Source of the DNA: a virus
Lineage: Duplodnaviria > Heunggongvirae > Uroviricota > Caudoviricetes
Reading direction: 5' to 3' (one strand)
IMG/VR virus record: IMGVR_UViG_3300034283_001314
Length of the DNA: 64,000 nt
The notes beneath the pieces are model-generated. The model did not search any database. It was not told where the DNA came from and was given only the letters and a program-made list of their open reading frames with translations. The position numbers were made by a program, and so were the translations under genes. Positions 21,160-27,492 of the stretch are shown here, one piece after another; position 1 is the first letter of the stretch, and each line of letters opens with the position of its first letter.

Positions 21160-21525
21160 GGGGATGCTATGGAATTGATTGCAATGTAAATGGTAGTACC
21201 ACACGTGGAGAGAAGTGCTAGTTCTCCTTAAATCTGCACAAAACAATAACTGACGAAATGTCAACTATGACTTACGATGACCTTATGGCCTTCGTAGGTA
21301 TGGATTACGCTGTAGCAGCATAACCAATCCCGTACACATCATGGGACTTTAAATAGAATGTGAAACTAAGTTTACCGAAACTTTAAATCGGTTGGTGGAA
21401 AGTTGGACTAACCATCCGACCTCAATTATTTTGGAAAGTGAATAAGATTAAACTTTATCTAAACGTGTGATATGCTGGTATTATTAGTTCTTTGTAAGAC
21501 ACGAGTTCGAGTCTCGTCATCTCCA
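21160..21525 (+). ncRNA. ssrA: tmRNA; tag peptide (A)DEMSTMTYDDLMAFVGMDYAVAA* at 21252-21323
   Basis: GGGGATG/CATCTCC-A acceptor stem with G3:U, T-arm ACGAGTTCGAGTCTCGT, ATAACT resume context, tag ending YAVAA-stop. Confidence 0.93.
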
Positions 21526-21531
21526 CAATAT

Positions 21532-21603
21532 CGCGGTGTAGAGCAGAGGTAGCTCACTAGGCTCATAACCTAGGGGTCAGTGGTTCGAATCCGCTCACCG
21601 CAA
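21532..21603 (+). tRNA. tRNA-fMet(CAT)
   Basis: cloverleaf, C1:A72 mismatch, CTCATAA loop. Confidence 0.9.
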
Positions 21604-21885
21604 CAAATGTTAGGGTTGAAGCCATCAAATAATAAAACCGATTGAGTGGAGCCAGACCATTAAGGAAAGGCATAAAGCCGGACACCTTAACAAAAAAATC
21701 CCCAAAGAAATTTGGTAGATTGAAAAACTTAATGTATCTTTACTATATAAGATTGAAACTTATAGGTGATGAAAGATACTCGGTATTCAATCTTGGGAGA
21801 AAAAAGTTGTAAAAATATTTGGTAAATTTAATGTTTTAATTTATATTTACATATATATAACAACAAAGAAGTTCTTTAAATTATT

Positions 21886-22765
21886 AAAAATATTCTATAT
21901 AGTAACCTTGTGTTACATAATAGCTACCGGCCGCATATGGTCGTTAAATAAACTACGAAAGTAGGATAAAGTGGGTGTATTAAGTGATACGCCGGCGGCT
22001 CCTTCCCCGTAAGGGAGAATAGCTTAAGTATGCAAGTGGGATATTATTTAGGCTTTGTAAGTGGGGGTAACACTACCATTGAAGAGTTTGAGTAACTAGG
22101 GTATTGTAGATACTTTAGTTGAGGTGGGAACACCAATAAGAATAACCCATAGAATATCAGTAAGAAGTGTAGACTTAATCCCTCTACATAATTGCGGTAT
22201 TCATTATTAGAGTGGTCTTAACATCAAACTATACGAAAGGTAGTAAGATAAGACTGTGTACAGGTGGTGCTGTTACTATCCTTTTATAAATCGTACCAAC
22301 GATTATAAATGAAGATGACTCAAAATAACGCAGTAGGGATATTGCATCGAGTAGTATAGTATTTCGTTGTTCAAAAGATAACGGAGCTGGTGGCAAACCA
22401 CTACTTGAATCATTCTACAAAACTAAAACTCAATTTTTTATTTCGGTATAAAAAACTACAATTAAAAATTAAGCTTAAGTGTTTGCCAGTTATAGACGAA
22501 AGGTGTGTACATAGTTAAGAGTTGTTCTTAGCCACGATACTTCCGCAAGAAGTCTGTGATTCTTTCGAAAAACTTCTAATCCCGCAAGGATTAATTAGGC
22601 TGATAGGTTTAAAGAAGCGTAGTAAAAAGAGAGTAGTTTATAACTCAAAGATTGGTTGACTCAATTAACCCACATTGAATTGGTACTACTCAAAAGGTGG
22701 TGGAAACGGAAGGAACTAATAATCTTTCTAAAGCTGGTTCTCAATATGGAGTATTCTCATCCCTA
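21886..22765 (+). ncRNA. large ornate ncRNA, GOLLD-like (boundaries approximate)
   Basis: ~870 nt without an ORF, raised GC, many GNRA-type hairpins, long-range helix ATATTCTAT(21890)/ATAGAATAT(22149), located among tRNAs. Confidence 0.7.
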
Positions 22766-22912
22766 TTTTATTTTATCATAATGGTTAGAGTTGGTTCGAT
22801 TCCAATAATGATAGCAAAGTAATTTATCGAGGCTTGTATTAACCGGAGCATGACTTGACGTGGCGTATTTTGAAGATTGATTACTTTTTTAATTCGATTA
22901 TAGTTATAACAA

Positions 22913-22981
22913 ATGAAAGCATTAACATTACATACACTTTGTAGCACACCGAATCAGATTTGGGGTGGCAGAGATATGTAA
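22913..22981 (+). CDS. putative attenuator leader peptide MKALTLHTLCSTPNQIWGGRDM
   Basis: 22-codon ORF just upstream of a terminator and tRNA array; stop codon overlaps the antiterminator strand. Confidence 0.65.
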   Translation: MKALTLHTLCSTPNQIWGGRDM

Positions 22982-23012
22982 AGTTAGGCTAGATTTATAT
23001 TAAGAATTTTAG

Positions 23013-23050
23013 AAAACCCTGACTTTAATTAGTTGGGGTTTTTTGTTTTT
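23013..23050 (+). terminator. intrinsic terminator / attenuator directly before the tRNA array
   Basis: AAAACCCTGACT-ttaatt-AGTTGGGGTTTT followed by TTGTTTTT. Confidence 0.75.
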
Positions 23051-23122
23051 GGGATGGTAGCTCAGCGGCAGAGCAGATGACTGTTAATCATCAGGTCGAG
23101 ATATCGTAATTCTCCCTTCCCT
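23051..23122 (+). tRNA. tRNA-Asn(GTT), atypical T-loop
   Basis: GATGA-CTGTTAA-TCATC anticodon arm; T-loop ATCGTAA. Confidence 0.8.
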
Positions 23123-23140
23123 CAATTGTTTATTTGATAT

Positions 23141-23213
23141 GCAGATGTCGTATAATGGCTCATTACTCCTTCCTTCCAAGTAGGAGACGGAGGTTCGATT
23201 CCTCTCATCTGCT
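23141..23213 (+). tRNA. tRNA-Gly(TCC)
   Basis: GCAGATG/CATCTGC-T acceptor; CTTCCAA loop. Confidence 0.88.
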
Positions 23214-23293
23214 CAAACGGTTACCAATCCGGAACACGCCTGGAAGTTTAGTGTATTAGCACACCGGGAAATGGTGATAACAAAATTGGAAAT

Positions 23294-23366
23294 TGTCGGA
23301 TGGTGTAATTGGTCAGCACAATAGATTTTGATTCTATTAGTTTTGGTTCGAGTCCAGGTCCGATAA
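23294..23366 (+). tRNA. tRNA-Gln(TTG)
   Basis: ATAGA-TTTTGAT-TCTAT anticodon arm. Confidence 0.88.
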
Positions 23367-23371
23367 CAAAA

Positions 23372-23445
23372 TGGGAATTAGCGTAGTCCGGTATCGCGCT
23401 AGCTTTGGGAGCTAGAGGCCGTAGGTTCGAATCCTGCATTCCCAA
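23372..23445 (+). tRNA. tRNA-Pro(TGG)
   Basis: CTAGC-TTTGGGA-GCTAG anticodon arm. Confidence 0.9.
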
Positions 23446-23450
23446 CATAT

Positions 23451-23523
23451 AGGAATATAACTCAGCTGGTAGAGTGCTAATCTGATACGTTAGATGTCAC
23501 AAGTTCGAATCTTGTTATTCCTA
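23451..23523 (+). tRNA. tRNA-Ile(GAT)
   Basis: CTAAT-CTGATAC-GTTAG anticodon arm. Confidence 0.88.
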
Positions 23524-23529
23524 CACACA

Positions 23530-23600
23530 TCCGGTTTGGTGCAATGGTAGCATGTAGGTCTCCAAAACCTTTGATTACAGTTCGAGTCTGTAAACCGGTG
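23530..23600 (+). tRNA. tRNA-Trp(CCA)
   Basis: AGGT-CTCCAAA-ACCT anticodon arm; G discriminator. Confidence 0.85.
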
Positions 23601-23605
23601 CAAAT

Positions 23606-23678
23606 AGTTTCATAGTGAAATGGATTATCACACAACACTACGAATGTTGGATTGTGGGTTCGAATCCTACTGAAACTA
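23606..23678 (+). tRNA. tRNA-Arg(ACG)
   Basis: CAACA-CTACGAA-TGTTG anticodon arm. Confidence 0.88.
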
Positions 23679-23684
23679 CAATAA

Positions 23685-23755
23685 GGTGAGTTGTCCGAGT
23701 GGCTAGGGGGAGGTCTGCAAAACCTCTTACATTGGTTCGAATCCAATACACACCT
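23685..23755 (+). tRNA. tRNA-Cys(GCA)
   Basis: GAGGT-CTGCAAA-ACCTC anticodon arm; U discriminator. Confidence 0.88.
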
Positions 23756-23762
23756 CGAAAAT

Positions 23763-23834
23763 GTTGAGCGTAGCCTAATGGTAGGGCAAAAGTTTGTGGC
23801 ACTTTGTGTGTGGGTTCGATTCCCATCGTTCAAC
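23763..23834 (+). tRNA. tRNA-His(GTG)
   Basis: G-1:C73; AAAGT-TTGTGGC-ACTTT anticodon arm. Confidence 0.88.
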
Positions 23835-23839
23835 CAATC

Positions 23840-23924
23840 GGAAAGATGGGTGAGGGATTTAAACCAGCAGTTTACTAAACTGCCGACTGTTAAAGGTCCG
23901 TGAGTTCGAATCTCACTCTTTCCG
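23840..23924 (+). tRNA. tRNA-Ser(ACT), rare A34 anticodon
   Basis: GCAGT-TTACTAA-ACTGC anticodon arm, long variable arm, G73. Confidence 0.85.
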
Positions 23925-23931
23925 CATAAAT

Positions 23932-24006
23932 ACCGGTATGGCGGAATTGGCATACGCAGTGGTCTTAGAAGCCATACAATTATAGGTTCGAATCCTATTA
24001 CCGGTA
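23932..24006 (+). tRNA. tRNA-Leu(TAG), short variable arm
   Basis: GTGGT-CTTAGAA-GCCAT anticodon arm; A73. Confidence 0.87.
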
Positions 24007-24064
24007 CAAAATGTACTTTTTTTCGATTTTATCAAAAGTCCCAAAATTTTTTTGAGGGAAATTT

Positions 24065-24096
24065 TTTGGTATATAGGAAAAATTAGTGTATCTTTA
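24065..24096 (+). promoter_or_regulatory. Bacteroidota-type promoter starting the second RNA block
   Basis: TTTG-N20-TATCTTTA. Confidence 0.55.
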
Positions 24097-24102
24097 AGAT
24101 AT

Positions 24103-24210
24103 AAGGTTGATTGGGAAACTAAATAGGAAACTATGGCGTGAGGAGGGTAAAATCCAAAGTAATGCCAATCATAAAAGTAGTCGTCCACGCACCCATCTTC
24201 TACTTTCCTT
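24103..24210 (+). ncRNA. unidentified pseudoknotted structured RNA
   Basis: AAGG/CCTT, TGATTGG/CCAATCA and AAAGTAG/CTACTTT stems; loop-loop GCGTG/CACGC. Confidence 0.5.
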
Positions 24211-24214
24211 AAAT

Positions 24215-24286
24215 GCTCAGTTCGACTAAGGGTTAGGTCACATCCCTTTCACGGATGTAATACGGGTTCGAATCCCGTACTGAGTA
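24215..24286 (+). tRNA. tRNA-Glu(TTC)
   Basis: CATCC-CTTTCAC-GGATG anticodon arm. Confidence 0.9.
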
Positions 24287-24291
24287 CAATA

Positions 24292-24364
24292 GCCCGAGTA
24301 GCTCAGCTGGTAGAGCAACTGATTTGTAATCAGTAGGTCGTAAGTTCGATTCTTATCTTGGGCT
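24292..24364 (+). tRNA. tRNA-Thr(TGT)
   Basis: ACTGA-TTTGTAA-TCAGT anticodon arm. Confidence 0.92.
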
Positions 24365-24438
24365 CAAAAAGTTCCGAGCTTTGCAAGGCTAAAGTAATGA
24401 TGTACACATTACACGATAGGAAGGGAAACCTATCAAAA

Positions 24439-24512
24439 GGAGTGGTAGTTCAGTTGGTTAGAATGCTGCCCTGTCACGGCAGAGGTCGCGGGTTCGAATC
24501 CCGTCCACTCCG
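24439..24512 (+). tRNA. tRNA-Asp(GTC)
   Basis: CTGCC-CTGTCAC-GGCAG anticodon arm; G73. Confidence 0.93.
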
Positions 24513-24517
24513 CAATC

Positions 24518-24589
24518 GGTCTGTTAGTTAAATGGATATAACTTCTCACTTCTAATGAGATGTTCGTGGTTCGATTCCACGACGGACTA
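24518..24589 (+). tRNA. tRNA-Arg(TCT)
   Basis: TCTCA-CTTCTAA-TGAGA anticodon arm. Confidence 0.88.
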
Positions 24590-24642
24590 CGTGGGTTTCG
24601 GTGATGAAGCCATAAAGAGAGATAGATGTTTCTCATTCACTA

Positions 24643-24678
24643 AAATAGGTAGGTGATTCCACACCTGCTTATTTTTTT
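24643..24678 (+). terminator. intrinsic terminator
   Basis: AATAGGTAGGTG-attcca-CACCTGCTTATT followed by a T run. Confidence 0.65.
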
Positions 24679-24681
24679 ATT

Positions 24682-24755
24682 GGGAATGTAGCTCAGTTGG
24701 TTAGAGCAAATGACTCATAATCATTAGGTCTTTGGTTCGAACCCAGACTTTCCCA
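24682..24755 (+). tRNA. tRNA-Ile2(CAT, lysidine type); elongator Met not excluded
   Basis: AATGA-CTCATAA-TCATT arm resembles ileX-type tRNAs. Confidence 0.8.
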
Positions 24756-24801
24756 CAAAGTATTTGGTAAATAAATTTATTTTTTGTATATTTAAGATAC
24801 A

Positions 24802-24957
24802 ATGGAAATTACAAAAGAAAATATTAGTAAATTAATTGGAAAAGAAGTTTCCGGTTATGTCTATACAAAAGATAAAAAGACTGGGGTAACAATTATTAAA
24901 GTAAATCCATCTATAAAAGAAGAATCTATAAAAATTAAAATAAAAATTAAAAATTAA
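24802..24957 (+). CDS. small basic hypothetical protein (51 aa, not in ORF track)
   Basis: MEITKENISKLIGKEVSGYVYTKDKKTG...; follows a TTTG..TATATTTA promoter-like site. Confidence 0.45.
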   Translation: MEITKENISKLIGKEVSGYVYTKDKKTGVTIIKVNPSIKEESIKIKIKIKN

Positions 24958-24962
24958 AAGTT

Positions 24963-25220
24963 ATGTTTTGGACCTATTACGCAATTTGTGTTATTTATTG
25001 TTTCTATCAACTATTCACAAAATATCAAGAAAGATATAATGATGGTATGATTGGATTATCACCGGGATTGGATGCAATTATGGTAGTGATTATGGCTTGG
25101 ATTCTTGCACCTGTTGATGTATCTTTAACTTGGATTCGTTGGTATAAAGATGCAGAGGAAGCAAGAAGAAATCAAAGTAAATTTGATATTAAAATAGATA
25201 AAGACGATAATATATTTTAA
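24963..25220 (+). CDS. small membrane protein
   Basis: two hydrophobic segments. Confidence 0.55.
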   Translation: MFWTYYAICVIYCFYQLFTKYQERYNDGMIGLSPGLDAIMVVIMAWILAPVDVSLTWIRWYKDAEEARRNQSKFDIKIDKDDNIF

Positions 25221-25228
25221 TATTAAAG

Positions 25229-25313
25229 AGAGAGTTGGCCGAGTGGTTGATGGCACCAGTCTTGAAAACTGGCAAGTGTAACAGCTTCTGGGGTTCGAAT
25301 CCCTAACTCTCTG
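25229..25313 (+). tRNA. tRNA-Ser(TGA)
   Basis: CCAGT-CTTGAAA-ACTGG anticodon arm, long variable arm, G73. Confidence 0.92.
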
Positions 25314-25325
25314 CAAAAATAAAAT

Positions 25326-26351
25326 ATGAAGTTCTTAATTACATCAGGTTGTTCATTTACATCAGCACATAGAGTTAATTATCATAGAAAAGATGATGAG
25401 TTCTTAAAAGATGAACCTAAATTTTGGTATTATACACATTGGATTCAGAAAAACAAACCTGAATTGAAAATTTATAATATGGGTAGTCCTGGTAATAACA
25501 ACTCAATCATAGCTCGTTCTGCAATTTACAAAGCAAAACAATTAATTAAAGAGGGTGTTCCTTCAAACGAAATCGGTATAATCATCCAATGGTCATCTTA
25601 TTTTAGACGTTCGCATTTTATTTCAAATGATATAAAAGAATTTATTCCATTTGATGAACATAAAGATTATGTAAACGATTATTTAAGAGAAAAAATAGAA
25701 CCAGGTGAAAATGGGTATTGGATGAATTTAGCAATACCAGATATGAAATATTCATCAATGGAAAAAGATAATAAGAGAATGTTTAAATACAATCAATCTT
25801 ATTTAGAAACACTTTATAATGATGAAAGTAGATATTTTGAATGGTTAGAATATTTTGATTATATTATTAATTTTTGTAAGGCAAATGATATTCAATTAAA
25901 ATGTTTCTTTATGCATAATTCATTTTCAGCACAATATGATTATGGATTAATGCCAGGAAATTATAATGATGGTAATGCAATGATTAAAGGTATATTTGAT
26001 GATAAAAATATATTTAATACATGGAATGAAACTCGATATAGAATCGACAATTATCCATATACAAAATATCTTTATAATTCAATAGATTGGGATAAATATT
26101 GTTGGTTCTTTAATGAAGATGGATTACATAAAATGGGTGGTGTATTTGAATGGACAATTAGAAATCAGGTAAAAAGTAGTGATGAAAATTTCAATCCATT
26201 ATTTATGGAATATGAAGATTTTGGTTCACAATCTAAATTAGAAGATGCAATTATAAATGGTAAAATGGGATGGACAGGACACGTTAGTAGTTGTAATTAC
26301 AAAAAGTTTACAGAAGAAGTTATTTTAAAATGGGACATGTTCCAAAAATAG
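25326..26351 (+). CDS. SGNH-like hydrolase/acyltransferase
   Basis: SGCSFT, GNNN, IQWS, C-terminal GH. Confidence 0.55.
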   Translation: MKFLITSGCSFTSAHRVNYHRKDDEFLKDEPKFWYYTHWIQKNKPELKIYNMGSPGNNNSIIARSAIYKAKQLIKEGVPSNEIGIIIQWSSYFRRSHFISNDIKEFIPFDEHKDYVNDYLREKIEPGENGYWMNLAIPDMKYSSMEKDNKRMFKYNQSYLETLYNDESRYFEWLEYFDYIINFCKANDIQLKCFFMHNSFSAQYDYGLMPGNYNDGNAMIKGIFDDKNIFNTWNETRYRIDNYPYTKYLYNSIDWDKYCWFFNEDGLHKMGGVFEWTIRNQVKSSDENFNPLFMEYEDFGSQSKLEDAIINGKMGWTGHVSSCNYKKFTEEVILKWDMFQK

Positions 26352-26360
26352 TGTATATTT

Positions 26361-26927
26361 ATGAGTATGAGAATTAAATTATTTGTTGCATTACCAAGTG
26401 AATTTCCAAAAGAAAAAGCACCTTTAGGAGTAGATGTTATTTATACCGGAGTTGGTAAAATAAATGCAGCAATTAAAGCAACTGAAATACTTAAGGAATT
26501 ATCACCATCAGAAACCATAGTTATTAATTATGGAAGTGCAGGTGGGCATATTAGTATGATAAATAATTTGTTCAAATGTAAAAATTTTGTACAAAGAGAT
26601 ATGGATGCCAGACCATTTGCTAAAAAAACAATTACTCCATTTGATGAAGTTGTTTGGAATAAATTACATTTAGTAAATGATTCTATTGATTTTAATGGAT
26701 TAGGATACCATACATGTCATACACAAGATCGGTTTGAACAATCACCGAATAGAATTTCCGATATGGAAGCATATTCAATAGCAAAAGTATGTAAAATTTA
26801 CGGATTTGATTTTACAGCATATAAATTTATATCAGATGATGGTAATCATGAGGATTGGACAAAAAATCACAATAAAGGAATTGAACTATTTTTACAACAA
26901 TTAAAAGATGATTTTAAAATATCGTGA
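26361..26927 (+). CDS. mtnN: 5'-methylthioadenosine/S-adenosylhomocysteine nucleosidase
   Basis: TGVGKINAA, NYGSAG, DMEAYSIA, KFISD. Confidence 0.8.
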   Translation: MSMRIKLFVALPSEFPKEKAPLGVDVIYTGVGKINAAIKATEILKELSPSETIVINYGSAGGHISMINNLFKCKNFVQRDMDARPFAKKTITPFDEVVWNKLHLVNDSIDFNGLGYHTCHTQDRFEQSPNRISDMEAYSIAKVCKIYGFDFTAYKFISDDGNHEDWTKNHNKGIELFLQQLKDDFKIS

Positions 26928-27454
26928 TAAAATTAAAAAAATTATTAAAAGAGATAGAAAGTGGCCCTTATGAATATGGGTGTGTAATGTTATATTTTGA
27001 TTTTGAAGAAACTTTTATAACAAAAGCAATATCCGATTCTGATTTATATGATGATGGTAGTGGTAAGTATGGAAAAGAAACTGAACCACATGTAACCCTA
27101 TTGTATGGGTTACATTCTAATGTCACTCCACAAATTATTCAACAAATCTTAGATACAATTCATTTTGGAGATATAACTTTAAATAATATTTCTTATTTCA
27201 CTAATGCAGATTATGATGTATTAAAGATGGATGCAAGTGGTGACGGGTTAGAAAAAGCTCACGCAATTTTAAGTAAATTACCAAACTCAAATGAGTATGA
27301 TGAATACTATCCACATATGACAATTGCATATTTACAAAAAAATAAGTGGCAAAAATATATTCCAAAATTACAAAGTTTCACAACAACGGTAACACCACTA
27401 TTCGCAATTTATTCAGTTCCGAGTGGTAAAAAATACAAATTAAAGATAAAATAA
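26924..27454 (+). CDS. 2H phosphoesterase, T4 gp57B/Acb1-like
   Basis: two HxT motifs: PHVTLLYGL and YYPHMTIAY. Confidence 0.7.
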   Translation: MIKLKKLLKEIESGPYEYGCVMLYFDFEETFITKAISDSDLYDDGSGKYGKETEPHVTLLYGLHSNVTPQIIQQILDTIHFGDITLNNISYFTNADYDVLKMDASGDGLEKAHAILSKLPNSNEYDEYYPHMTIAYLQKNKWQKYIPKLQSFTTTVTPLFAIYSVPSGKKYKLKIK

Positions 27455-27492
27455 TTTTGTAATCTAAGAGTTATTCGTTATCTTTAGATCAT

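Noticed and set aside
21886-22765. rRNA fragment, RNase P RNA or group I intron
   Set aside because: No universal rRNA motifs, no RNase P GAGGAAAGUCC, and no interrupted host gene.
23248-25316. ORFs called over the tRNA array (23248, 23477, 23638, 23691, 23913, 24433, 25125)
   Set aside because: Artefacts of GC-rich tRNA genes.
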